Part shown: positions 9,242-18,715 of the stretch, in pieces
How positions within the stretch are numbered: position 1 is the first letter of the stretch
Layout: each line of letters starts with the position of its first letter
Assembly (NCBI GenBank): GCA_021783915.1
Contig: JAJXTI010000001.1
Span: 1,540 to 65,539 of the forward strand
Direction of reading: 5' to 3'
Source of the DNA: a bacterium
Lineage (GTDB): Bacteria > Omnitrophota > Gorgyraeia > Zapsychrales > Fredricksoniimonadaceae
Length of the DNA: 64,000 bases
The notes under the pieces: model-generated
Databases searched by the model: none
What the model was told of the DNA's origin: nothing
The model's input: only the letters and a program-made list of their open reading frames with translations
Made by a program: the position numbers and the translations under genes

Positions 9242-11766
9242 TGGAACTTAAAGAATACCAACAGCGGACATTAAAAGAAATACGGGGCTACCTTGAAAGC
9301 CTTTATAAGTGGTCTGTTAAAAACCAACAGGTTATAAAGGCCGCGGGCTCGGACGCCACCCTTGATTTTCCTTTAAAAGCCTGGGCTGAAACGGTCAAGA
9401 CAAGTTACCGTTCAAGACAAAACGGCCTTGGGCATTACCTCCCTAACTTTTGTCTCAAAATACCTACTGGCGGCGGGAAGACTCTCCTTGCTGTAAAGAC
9501 CATTGATATTATCAATACTGTTTATCGCAAAAAACAAACTGGCCTGGTTCTTTGGGTAGTGCCAAGCAACCAAATCTATAATCAAACCCTAAAAAGTTTA
9601 CGTAACAGGGAACACCCCTACCGCCAGCATTTAGACATTGCCAGCGGTGGACGCACTTCAATCATTGAAAAAATGGATCGTTTTACCCCGCTGGATATTA
9701 AAGAAAATCTGGTTATTTTGCTTTTAATGCTTCCCTCTGCATCCAGGCAAAACAAAGAGACCTTAAAAGTATTTAAGGACAACGGCGGCTTCCAAAATTT
9801 CTTCCCCAGTGAAGATGATGTTGAAGGTAATAAAAAATTGTTGGAAGCCTTCCCGAATCTTGACACCTTTGGCAAAGACAACAGCTTCTTCGGAAGACAG
9901 GTAAAAACCTCTTTGGGCAACACTCTACGGATATTGTCCCCCATCATTATTCTTGATGAAGGGCATAAAGCCTATAGTGATACCGCACAAAAAACCCTGC
10001 GAGGCTTCAACCCCTCCATCATTATTGAGCTGTCTGCCACTCCTAACAAAGAGAGCAATATTCTCGTTGATATTAAAGGCGTCGAATTAGCCCGTGAAGA
10101 AATGATTAAACTTGACCTTCATGTCATCAATAAAGCCAGCTTGGATTGGAAAGATACCATGCTGGCAAGCATTGAGAAACGAAATTTACTTGAAGAAAAG
10201 ACCAAAGACTATCTTGGTTTTACTGGCGAATACATACGGCCTATCTGCTTGATACAGGTTGAACGCACGGGGAAAGACCAAAGAAGCGGGCGATTCATCC
10301 ATGCCGAGGACGTGTTTGATTATCTCGAAAAAGTTTGTGGTATTCCAAAGGAACAAATCGCAATCAAAACAAGCGAAAAAGACGACATTGAGGGGATTAA
10401 CCTTCTATCGCCTTCCTGCCCTATTCGATATATCATCACCAAACAAGCCTTGCAAGAAGGCTGGGACTGTTCTTTTGCCTATGTTTTAACGATACTGACA
10501 AATCCCTCCTCAAAAAATAATTTGACCCAGCTTGTAGGCCGCATTTTAAGACAGCCCTTTGCAAGAAAGACAAAAATTCAAGACCTCGATGAAAGCTATG
10601 TTGTCTGCTTTCAACAAAAAAGCACCCTTGTTTTAAAAAGCATCAAGGAAGGCTTTGAAGATGAAGGCTTGGGCGATTTAACAGGAATGATTATAAGCGA
10701 CTCCTCTGAATCTGGAACTCCACTTGAAGGGGATCGGATTGTTAATATCCGAGATGATTTTAAGAAGCTGGCAGGACAAATATTCTTGCCCGTATTTGTT
10801 TTGAAAGACTTTAAGACATGGCGAAAAGTAAGCTATGAATCCGATATTGTGAGTTTAATTGATTGGGACAAGGCGGACTTCTCCCCTCTTTATAAACTTC
10901 CCTTGTCCTATATTGAAGATCGGGACATCGAAATTGCCGTTGGATTAAGCGACGATGACGATGAGGTCATCCAAAAGCACGGCACTCGCAAACTCAAAGA
11001 AGGCGGGCTGACCCTTGACCTTGTCTTTATTACCCGTCATTTAACTGACATCATCCCTAATCCGTGGGTATCATTTGAAATAGTCCAAAAAATATTTAAA
11101 GAAATAATCAAAAGAAATGACGCTAAAAAGGTCATCAACAACCTTGTCTTTCTTATCGAAGAACTCCGCAAACACGCTGAATCGGAAAAAGACCGTCTCT
11201 CCCAGGAAATATTCATCAATTTAATCGCCAAGAAAGAAATGCGGTTCTTGATTTTAAGAGAATCTGGTGATTACCGTTTGCCCAGCAAAATCAAGGTCAA
11301 GCGTTCCAGCAAAACATTGACGCAAAAAGACGGCCAGCCCCTTCAATACAGCCTCTTTGATTTTGTCCCAGAGGAAAACTTTAATGACGCTGAAAAAGAT
11401 GTGGCCTGGTATCTCGAAGACCAAGAACGGCTCTTGTGGTGGTATCGAAACATCTCCAGGCAGGATTATTCAATACAAGGATGGAAACGCCATAAAGTCT
11501 ACCCTGACTTTATCTTCTCTGACGTTAGAAATAGGGAAAAAGTCGAGTACGACAAAGTTTTTGTTGTTGAAACAAAAGGCATTCATCTTAAAAACAACGA
11601 TGACAGCAACTATAAAAAAGACCTTTTCGCATGGTGTAACAAACTTGCCGAAGAAAAAAGTTGGACGGAACTTGGGCTTTCTTTTCCCGAGAAGAAAATT
11701 ATCTTTGAAGTTATTTCCGAAGACGAGTGGCAAAAAAAGATCAACCAAATATTCTTAGCCAAATGA
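9241..11766 (+). CDS. res: Type III restriction enzyme Res subunit (SF2 helicase plus PD-(D/E)xK nuclease)
   Basis: Walker A KIPTGGGKT and DEGH box (IILDEGHKA). C-terminal nuclease-like YPDF...VVETKG. Its ATG overlaps the mod stop. Confidence 0.85.
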   Translation: MELKEYQQRTLKEIRGYLESLYKWSVKNQQVIKAAGSDATLDFPLKAWAETVKTSYRSRQNGLGHYLPNFCLKIPTGGGKTLLAVKTIDIINTVYRKKQTGLVLWVVPSNQIYNQTLKSLRNREHPYRQHLDIASGGRTSIIEKMDRFTPLDIKENLVILLLMLPSASRQNKETLKVFKDNGGFQNFFPSEDDVEGNKKLLEAFPNLDTFGKDNSFFGRQVKTSLGNTLRILSPIIILDEGHKAYSDTAQKTLRGFNPSIIIELSATPNKESNILVDIKGVELAREEMIKLDLHVINKASLDWKDTMLASIEKRNLLEEKTKDYLGFTGEYIRPICLIQVERTGKDQRSGRFIHAEDVFDYLEKVCGIPKEQIAIKTSEKDDIEGINLLSPSCPIRYIITKQALQEGWDCSFAYVLTILTNPSSKNNLTQLVGRILRQPFARKTKIQDLDESYVVCFQQKSTLVLKSIKEGFEDEGLGDLTGMIISDSSESGTPLEGDRIVNIRDDFKKLAGQIFLPVFVLKDFKTWRKVSYESDIVSLIDWDKADFSPLYKLPLSYIEDRDIEIAVGLSDDDDEVIQKHGTRKLKEGGLTLDLVFITRHLTDIIPNPWVSFEIVQKIFKEIIKRNDAKKVINNLVFLIEELRKHAESEKDRLSQEIFINLIAKKEMRFLILRESGDYRLPSKIKVKRSSKTLTQKDGQPLQYSLFDFVPEENFNDAEKDVAWYLEDQERLLWWYRNISRQDYSIQGWKRHKVYPDFIFSDVRNREKVEYDKVFVVETKGIHLKNNDDSNYKKDLFAWCNKLAEEKSWTELGLSFPEKKIIFEVISEDEWQKKINQIFLAK

Positions 11767-13325
11767 CACCTTCTGCCCTTCTATACGTGCGAGTATCCAG
11801 CAAAGACCAGGAAAAAGAAGGCTGGTCTTTGGATGCCCAGGAAAAACTGGGCTATGAATACGCCAAGCGCAAAGGCTTTAATATTGTCAAAATGTGGAAG
11901 GTGTCGGAATCTGCCTGGCGCAAGGAACGAGTTGCCTTCAATCAAATGGTGGAATATGCCAAGAACCATGACGAGATTAAGCATATTATCTTTGACGTAT
12001 TAGACCGCATGACCCGCAACGACTTTGATAAACTCAAAATCGTCACCCTCGTCAAAGAATACGGAAAGAATATCCACTTTTCCCGAAGCAACAAGATTTT
12101 CAACCGTGAATCAAGCACGGATGACGAATTTATGTTTGATATTGAGGTTGCCGTTGCCAAAAAGCAATCCAATGACATTTCCCGCAAAACTCAAATGGGC
12201 ATGGTTGAGAAAGCCGAGCAGGGCTTCTTCCCTGCCACCGCCCCGCTTGGCTATAAGAATAACCGAGAGAAAAAACTACTCGAACTAAACCCTGACCAGG
12301 CGGCCAGCATTAAAAAAGCCTTTGAATTGATGTCTACGGGAAAATATTCCCTCGATATGATTAGAGAAATTCCTGAAGTAAAGGGACTTAAAACTAACCG
12401 AAGCAACAAAGTTAATAAAAGTACCCTTTCCTATGTGCTAAACAACCCTTTCTATTATGGCCTCTTCCAATGGAAAGGAAAAATTTACCAAGGCAATCAT
12501 GAACCTTTAATCTCAAAAGAGCTTTTTGACCGCACCCAACAGGTCTTAAACGGAAAATTTCATACCCGCAAGAGTAAAAAGGGGTTTGCCTTTAATAATC
12601 TTCTGGTGTGCGGGGAGTGTAGCTGTAAGGTTCTGGGAGAGGAAAAGCGCAAGCCCAATAATCTCCACTATGTTTATTACCATTGTACTTTTTCAAAGGG
12701 CAGACACAACGGCAAAGGCTATATTCCTGAAACCCGTCTTGCCCAACTTTTTGAAAAACCCGTTATGGATGTTGTCTTGCCAGCAGAGATGTCTGACTGG
12801 ATTAAAGAAGGGCTTGGACATGACCGTAAAAACCTATCAGAAACGCACGAGAACCGCCTTAAATCGCTTCAAAGCCAACACAGTAAGGTCAATGACCGAT
12901 TAAACCGTCTTTACGACGATAGATTTGACGGTAAGGTGGATGATGAGGTCTTTAAAACAAAGGAAACTGAATACAAGGCGTTGTTGCTTGAGATAAAGGG
13001 CGAGATTGAAAAGGCCAAGAAAGTAAATCCAAACTTCTATGAAGACGGGCTTGCAACCCTCGAACTCCCGAACCTGTATATTTCCCAATATGATAAAGCA
13101 AGCTATCCAAACAAGGCCGTCATACTCAAAAAATTAGCCTCGAACTACACCCTAAATGACGTAACTATAACTGCCGCATATAGACAACCCTTCATCTTCT
13201 TAGCGAAAATGAAGGGTTGTCCAAACTGGTTGCCCCGTCTGGACTCGAACCAGAATACTGAGATCCAGAGTCTCATGTCCTACCAATTAGACGACAGGGC
13301 AAGTAAAACAAAAAACCGCCATTAA
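11763..13325 (+). CDS. large serine recombinase (resolvase/invertase catalytic domain plus zinc ribbon and coiled coil)
   Basis: ALLYVRVSSKDQ is the catalytic Ser motif. A recombinase domain, CGECSC...HC zinc ribbon and coiled-coil tail follow. Start ATG 11763 overlaps the res stop (ATGA). The last ~33 codons read through tRNA-Gln on the opposite strand. Confidence 0.8.
   Translation: MTPSALLYVRVSSKDQEKEGWSLDAQEKLGYEYAKRKGFNIVKMWKVSESAWRKERVAFNQMVEYAKNHDEIKHIIFDVLDRMTRNDFDKLKIVTLVKEYGKNIHFSRSNKIFNRESSTDDEFMFDIEVAVAKKQSNDISRKTQMGMVEKAEQGFFPATAPLGYKNNREKKLLELNPDQAASIKKAFELMSTGKYSLDMIREIPEVKGLKTNRSNKVNKSTLSYVLNNPFYYGLFQWKGKIYQGNHEPLISKELFDRTQQVLNGKFHTRKSKKGFAFNNLLVCGECSCKVLGEEKRKPNNLHYVYYHCTFSKGRHNGKGYIPETRLAQLFEKPVMDVVLPAEMSDWIKEGLGHDRKNLSETHENRLKSLQSQHSKVNDRLNRLYDDRFDGKVDDEVFKTKETEYKALLLEIKGEIEKAKKVNPNFYEDGLATLELPNLYISQYDKASYPNKAVILKKLASNYTLNDVTITAAYRQPFIFLAKMKGCPNWLPRLDSNQNTEIQSLMSYQLDDRASKTKNRH
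13227..13301 (-). tRNA. tRNA-Gln (anticodon CTG)
   Basis: Hand-folded cloverleaf. Acceptor TGCCCTG/CGGGGCA with U1:A72. Anticodon stem TGAGA/TCTCA with loop CTCTGGA. T-arm TCTGG-TTCGAGT-CCAGA. CCA encoded. Confidence 0.8.
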
Positions 13326-13350
13326 GCTAAAAGCTTAGCAACGGTTCTTA
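13306..13350 (-). terminator. imperfect hairpin followed by T-run on the minus strand, downstream of the gltX-lipoprotein operon
   Basis: aaccgccattaagct-aaa-agcttagcaacggtt; the minus-strand reading is followed by TTTTTTGTTTTAC. Confidence 0.4.
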
Positions 13351-13367
13351 AAAAGTCAATACTTGCT

Positions 13368-13559
13368 TTACCACAAATTTCTTTTGATCCAACCATCAAC
13401 GCTGGCCAGCGCGCTGTCCGATGACGCCGTCTGACTGGATTGTGTTTTGGATATTGAAAACTCACTCTTGTCATTAACTGTTTGATCAACGGCATACTTG
13501 GCTGTTTCACAGCCGGTCAATGTTAGAACGGTTACGGCTAATATCAGCGCTTTCTTCAT
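13368..13559 (-). CDS. small lipoprotein
   Basis: MKKALILAVTVLTLTGC is a lipobox signal peptide. Confidence 0.55.
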   Translation of the reverse strand: MKKALILAVTVLTLTGCETAKYAVDQTVNDKSEFSISKTQSSQTASSDSALASVDGWIKRNLW

Positions 13560-13597
13560 AAATTTCCCCTTTTCCCTGGAATGTCCTTCGGCTCTCA

Positions 13598-14875
13598 CTA
13601 ACGGTTAAAGCATTCTTGTAAACGGGAGATCGTTTTGTTCTGGCCAAGGACAACCATAGTTTCAAACAGCCCCGGCCCTACAGCGCGTCCAGTCAAGGCC
13701 ACTCTGACCGGGTGGACCAGGTCTCCGGCCGTTATCCCCAGTTGCTCTACAATCCGCCGGAACACCTCTTCGGTGGATTTTACATTAAACTCTTTGATTT
13801 CTCTCAACGCCTGCGCCAAGAGATGGAATTCCTTGGACTTGTCTTGGGACAAGTGCTTCTCTTTCGATTCCGGATCAAATTGAACCTTGTCGGTAAAAAT
13901 GAAATCTGTCCACTCCAAGAAATCCGTTAATGTCGCCATTCGGCCTTTAAACAATTGTACAATATTTTCCAATGCTTTGCCATCAGGGAATGTGTTTCCA
14001 GGATACTTTTCTTTTAAAAAATGGACCAGCAGTTGCGCCAGTCTGGCCGTGTCCATCTCTTTGATATATTGGCCATTGAGCCATCTGAGCTTATCCAACG
14101 CAAAAACAGCCCCCGCTTTATTGATCTTTTTAATGGAAAAATTCTTGACCGCTGAGGCAAAGGCTATCTTTTCCTGGTTATTGCCCGGGGACCAGCCTAA
14201 CAGCATCAAATAATTGACCACCGCCTCGGGCAAAAAACCCTGCCGACGATAATCGGAAACCGCCACTGCCCCGGCACGCTTGGACATACGCGCGCGCTCA
14301 TAATCAAGAATCAAAGGCAAATGGGCGAATTTAGGGGGCCTAAACCCTAAGGCTTCATAAATAACAATTTGTTTAGGAGTGTTGGAAATATGGTCTTCCC
14401 CTCGTATGACACAAGAGATTTCCATAAGGGCGTCATCAATGACACACGCAAAGCTGTACGTAGGTGACCCGTCGGATTTCATCAAGACCTGATCTTTGAT
14501 CTCTTTCGTATCCACGCTTATTTCATCACGGATAAGGTCATAAATCTTAATCTGCTTTTGCGGCATTTTAAGAATGACCGCCTCACCCTCTCTGTAGGCC
14601 TTGCCTTCATCCAGGAGTTTTTGCGCGTATTGACGGTATAAATCAAAACGGTCGCTCTGTTTATAAAATTCATCCCAATGAAAACCCAACCATTGCATGC
14701 TGTCCAGGATTTCATCGAGATATTCTTTTTTGGAACGGACTTTATCTGTGTCCTCAATGCGAAGGACAAATTTCCCTCCCAGGGCCTTGGCATACATCCA
14801 GTTAAACAAGGCGGTACGGGCTCCTCCTATGTGTAAATACCCCGTTGGAGACGGAGCAAAACGGACTCGGACCAT
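13598..14875 (-). CDS. gltX: glutamyl-tRNA synthetase (short form, 425 aa)
   Basis: HIGG motif (PSPTGYLHIGGARTALFNW) and KMSKR-type RMSKR. Class I GluRS catalytic core. Confidence 0.9.
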   Translation of the reverse strand: MVRVRFAPSPTGYLHIGGARTALFNWMYAKALGGKFVLRIEDTDKVRSKKEYLDEILDSMQWLGFHWDEFYKQSDRFDLYRQYAQKLLDEGKAYREGEAVILKMPQKQIKIYDLIRDEISVDTKEIKDQVLMKSDGSPTYSFACVIDDALMEISCVIRGEDHISNTPKQIVIYEALGFRPPKFAHLPLILDYERARMSKRAGAVAVSDYRRQGFLPEAVVNYLMLLGWSPGNNQEKIAFASAVKNFSIKKINKAGAVFALDKLRWLNGQYIKEMDTARLAQLLVHFLKEKYPGNTFPDGKALENIVQLFKGRMATLTDFLEWTDFIFTDKVQFDPESKEKHLSQDKSKEFHLLAQALREIKEFNVKSTEEVFRRIVEQLGITAGDLVHPVRVALTGRAVGPGLFETMVVLGQNKTISRLQECFNR

Positions 14876-14876
14876 T

Positions 14877-15242
14877 TTAATTATTGTTTTCTTGGGTTAA
14901 AAGCCTGTCAACTAATCCTTTAAGGTAGGCCACTTTAAATTCTTCAAGTCCCTCAAAAGCCAGGGCGACAGAATAAGATCTTCTGGGGTCATCGGGGTTT
15001 TGTGGCCTTTCCTGACAACGCAAAACGATGCCGTTGCATTCAAAAGAATCGTTTCTAGAAAAATCAATCCTGATTTCAACCTTGGCCCCTATCATTAAAC
15101 TTTGATCTAATTGCACCGAAAGCCCCCCTGCCCCGATGTTGGCTGTATTAGCTAATATGGTGCCAAACTTGCTGCCTTGCCAAATCGTCAAAAAACATGG
15201 GTAGTTGGCCCTGGGAAATTTTCGTTTGTTCTGGTCTGACAT
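14877..15242 (-). CDS. PilZ domain protein (c-di-GMP receptor)
   Basis: RKFPR...NIGAGGLSV matches the PilZ RxxxR / DxSxGG motifs. Confidence 0.7.
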   Translation of the reverse strand: MSDQNKRKFPRANYPCFLTIWQGSKFGTILANTANIGAGGLSVQLDQSLMIGAKVEIRIDFSRNDSFECNGIVLRCQERPQNPDDPRRSYSVALAFEGLEEFKVAYLKGLVDRLLTQENNN

Positions 15243-15244
15243 AA

Positions 15245-15637
15245 CTAATACAAGGCCTTCAAAACAGTGGCACCGTTTTTGATGATCCTGTCTATGGTTG
15301 TTTTTAGGTGATCTTTGTGCTGCTGGTCCAAGTTGACAAATTCAATGCCCACATCATAAAACATGGGCTTAATGGTCTCCCTCGATTGTCTTCGGACGAC
15401 CCAAACGACCTTGCCTGCCGCCTTAACATGCTCTCCTGTATCTAACAAATCTATTTCCAATTCAACGTCACTGAAAAGATTGACTTCTTGTTTAATAATA
15501 ACACACGCTCCGCCGATCCCTATGTTCTCCGTGTGTGTCAGGAGGTTCTTTGCTCTCCCAGTCTTGGATAAAAGTTTTATCAAACACGGATAAACTACTC
15601 TTGGAAATCTGCGACGATTCAACCCGTCCCAAATCAT
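15245..15637 (-). CDS. PilZ domain protein (second tandem copy)
   Basis: RRRFPR...NIGIGGACV, PilZ motifs. Confidence 0.7.
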   Translation of the reverse strand: MIWDGLNRRRFPRVVYPCLIKLLSKTGRAKNLLTHTENIGIGGACVIIKQEVNLFSDVELEIDLLDTGEHVKAAGKVVWVVRRQSRETIKPMFYDVGIEFVNLDQQHKDHLKTTIDRIIKNGATVLKALY

Positions 15638-15641
15638 AGCT

Positions 15642-16421
15642 TTACCCTTGTTGTAGGCGCAAGATACGACCGGCCCGCCCAGTTTTTTCGTCTATATGAA
15701 TGACCGCCCCGCACAATTTTACATCGGCCTCAGCCACTTCAAATTTCTGAGGGAGGCTTGTCAGAAAACGTTTCAAAATTTTTTCCTTGTTCTGTCCAAT
15801 GACAGAATCGTATGGCCCGCTCATGCCTAAATCCGTAATATAGGCCGTCCCCTTGGGCAGGATTCTTTCATCCGCTGTTTGAATATGGGTATGGGTGCCC
15901 ACGACAGCTGAAAGTCTTCCATCGGCATAATGCCCCATAGCGACCTTTTCACTGGTGGTCTCTGCGTGCATATCCAAGACTATAACTGGTGCCAAAGAAG
16001 AAAGTTCTTTAAGGATTTCATCTAACGTCCTGAAAGGACAATTGATATTATAACGCATAAAGGTTCGTCCCAAAAGGTTTATTACACCAACCTTGATGCC
16101 CTTGGAGGACTCCACCACCGTCCAACCACGCCCCGGCGCGCCATGGGGAAAATTGGCGGGCCGTATGATACGCTGGTCTTCGTCCAAATAACGATTGATT
16201 TCACCTTTGTCCCAGACATGGTCGCCTAAAGTAATGGCGTCGACCCCTGCTGCAAAGATTTCATCGGCCTGCCTCGGTAATATCCCGCTGCCGCCAGCCG
16301 CATTTTCACCATTGGCTATAACAAAATCGATGGAATGTTCTTGCTTAACGGCAGCCAACTCCTTAGCTAAAATTTCACGCCCAGGACGACCGACAATATC
16401 ACCAATACATAATATGTTCAT
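15642..16421 (-). CDS. ymdB: YmdB-family metallophosphoesterase (2',3'-cyclic-nucleotide phosphodiesterase)
   Basis: MNILCIGDIVGRPGR...GENAAGG...GDHVWD metallophosphoesterase motifs. Adjacent to rny, as in the conserved rny-ymdB pair. Confidence 0.8.
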   Translation of the reverse strand: MNILCIGDIVGRPGREILAKELAAVKQEHSIDFVIANGENAAGGSGILPRQADEIFAAGVDAITLGDHVWDKGEINRYLDEDQRIIRPANFPHGAPGRGWTVVESSKGIKVGVINLLGRTFMRYNINCPFRTLDEILKELSSLAPVIVLDMHAETTSEKVAMGHYADGRLSAVVGTHTHIQTADERILPKGTAYITDLGMSGPYDSVIGQNKEKILKRFLTSLPQKFEVAEADVKLCGAVIHIDEKTGRAGRILRLQQG

Positions 16422-16454
16422 ACCTTCCCCGTAAGGGGCGATTAATCCTCGCCC

Positions 16455-18041
16455 CTACTTTGCAAACTCGATGGCCCTGGTCTCCCGGACAACCATCACT
16501 TTGATGTGTCCGGGGTATTCCATCTCTTCTTCAATCCGCTTTCTAATGTCACGGGCCATAACAATGGCCTCATCATCATTGATTTTGTCCGGCATCACCA
16601 CCACGCGAATCTCCCGTCCAGCCTGGAGGGCGTAAGATTTCTCAACGCCTTTAAAAGAGTTGGATATCTTTTCCAAGTTCTCCAAACGTTTCATATAAGT
16701 TTCCATGCTTTCGGCGCGCGCGCCGGGACGCGCGGCGGAAATCGCGTCCGCCGCAGAAACTAAGATCCCATAAAGAGTGTTCATTTCAACTTCGCCGTGG
16801 TGGCTTTCGACCGCGTAGGAAACGTCCTCACTCTCACCGTACTTACGGCAAAGCCTCGCGCCAACAATGGCATGCGTCCCTTCTTCTACGTCCGAAGAGA
16901 CCACTTTACCTATATCATGCAGAAGTCCTGCGCGTTTGGCGGTCTTTACATCCACCCCCAACTGATGGGCCATGATTCCCATGATTTTGGCCACTTCTAT
17001 CGAGTGGTTCAATCCGTTTTGACCAAATGATGTGCGGTAACGCAATTTACCTATAAGTTTAATAAGTTCCGGGTGCATCCCATGAATGGCCAACTCCATG
17101 ACCGCCCGATCTCCTTCTTCCTTAATCTTTTTATCCAGATCTTCTTTGGCCTTGTCAACCACTTCTTCTATGCGTCCAGGATGAATTCGCCCGTCTCCTA
17201 TTAATTGTTCAATGGCCATACGCGCGATTTCACGGCGCATCATATCAAATCCGGAAATCGTCACGGCCTCCGGAGTGTCATCAATTATGATGTCTACCCC
17301 TGTTGCCTGTTCCAGGGCGCGAATATTCCGTCCTTCCCGGCCGATAATACGCCCTTTCATCTCGTCTGAGGGAAGAGGGACAACTGATATCGTTGTCTCC
17401 GCCGTATGGTCGGAAGCGCAGCGTTGGATCGCTATCGTGATGACTTCCCTTGCTTTTTTGTCCGCTGTATCTTTAACTTCTTCGTTCATATGGCGGATGC
17501 GAGTGGCCTTCTCCGTGGCTAATTCATCTTCGATTCGGGCCAGCAAAATTTTCTTGGCCTCCTCGCTTGACAGATTGGCCACAGCCTGCAGCCTCTGTTT
17601 TTCTTCTGCCAAAACTTTAATGAGTTCTTCTGTTTTTTCTTTTATCCTGACCTCCGCTTCGCGCAGGGCATCTAAACGGATGGACAAATCTTTTTCTTTT
17701 TTCTCCAATAAATCAACGCGTTTATCCAAATTTTCTTCGCGTGTTACAATACGTTTCTCGGTGTTGGCAAGCTCTTCGCGACGCTCCTTGGTCTGGGCCT
17801 CAAACTCCTGACGCATCTTAAGAAGGACATCCTTGGCTTGAAGTTCAGCTTCTTTACGGATGGTCTCAGCTTCCCGTTTGGCCAATTCACGGGTATCCGC
17901 AGCGTCTGTCTGCGCCTCTTTATATCTTTTGGAAGTCAAAAAATTATTTAAAAAGAACCCCGCAATAACACAACCAATCCCAGCAAAAATAAAAATGAAC
18001 AATCCTCCTAGGTTCCCCATGGTAATACCCCTTTCCTTCAT
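16455..18041 (-). CDS. rny: ribonuclease Y
   Basis: N-terminal TM helix, long coiled coil, KH domain (GRIIGREGRNIRALE) and HD domain (HSIEVA...LLHDIGK). Confidence 0.9.
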   Translation of the reverse strand: MKERGITMGNLGGLFIFIFAGIGCVIAGFFLNNFLTSKRYKEAQTDAADTRELAKREAETIRKEAELQAKDVLLKMRQEFEAQTKERREELANTEKRIVTREENLDKRVDLLEKKEKDLSIRLDALREAEVRIKEKTEELIKVLAEEKQRLQAVANLSSEEAKKILLARIEDELATEKATRIRHMNEEVKDTADKKAREVITIAIQRCASDHTAETTISVVPLPSDEMKGRIIGREGRNIRALEQATGVDIIIDDTPEAVTISGFDMMRREIARMAIEQLIGDGRIHPGRIEEVVDKAKEDLDKKIKEEGDRAVMELAIHGMHPELIKLIGKLRYRTSFGQNGLNHSIEVAKIMGIMAHQLGVDVKTAKRAGLLHDIGKVVSSDVEEGTHAIVGARLCRKYGESEDVSYAVESHHGEVEMNTLYGILVSAADAISAARPGARAESMETYMKRLENLEKISNSFKGVEKSYALQAGREIRVVVMPDKINDDEAIVMARDIRKRIEEEMEYPGHIKVMVVRETRAIEFAK

Positions 18042-18082
18042 CTATGTGATCTGCGGGAGAAGTCCTGCTTATCAAGCAGGGT

Positions 18083-18634
18083 TTAGTCGGCGATAACAGC
18101 TGTCAGAGGAACATCATGTTCCTCTATAGGAAGGCGATCAGTCAACTGAAAATCAAAGGCTAGACCAATAGTGGCTGTGTCCGAGGGCAGTGTTGACAGG
18201 AAACGGTCATAATAACCAGCGCCACGCCCCAAACGGTTCCTGGACTTATCAAAAGCAAGTCCTGGAACAATGACAACCTCAATGTCCTTTGGATCCACTG
18301 ACAGAGAAGCATCATAACGTGGCTGAGCTATTCCATAAACGCCATTTTCTAAATTTGCCAACTCCTTGGTTACTGTAGGAATCATTGTCCTTTGATTTTG
18401 CACCACAATAGGTAAACAAACACGTTTTTTCAGTTCGATAGCCTTATTTATCATCGCGAAAGTATCCACTTCACCCGGCAGGGAGGCGTAAAATAGGATT
18501 GTCTTTGCCTTTTGTATGGCCGAAAGTTTAAAAAGCTTGGCCGCAATAATCCGGCTTTTAGACTTCCTATCCTCGCTTGCCTGCTTATTTAGAAGCTCCA
18601 AATAATGCTTTCTTAAAGAGCTTTTATCCTTCAT
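18083..18634 (-). CDS. 5-formyltetrahydrofolate cyclo-ligase
   Basis: Family-like spacing of conserved G/D-rich motifs (GLAFD...GRGAGYYDR). Confidence 0.7.
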   Translation of the reverse strand: MKDKSSLRKHYLELLNKQASEDRKSKSRIIAAKLFKLSAIQKAKTILFYASLPGEVDTFAMINKAIELKKRVCLPIVVQNQRTMIPTVTKELANLENGVYGIAQPRYDASLSVDPKDIEVVIVPGLAFDKSRNRLGRGAGYYDRFLSTLPSDTATIGLAFDFQLTDRLPIEEHDVPLTAVIAD

Positions 18635-18715
18635 GTGGGCGCTATATTATCACTTTTTAAAAAAAAGCACAATAGTTGATTCTTAAGAACCGCCATTTAA
18701 AATTTTCCCTCAATC

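Noticed and set aside
16506-17811. Several plus-strand ORFs inside rny (16506..16763, 16797..17030, 17212..17811)
   Set aside because: Antisense to a well-supported RNase Y gene. The 199-aa one is Ser/Ala-rich low complexity.
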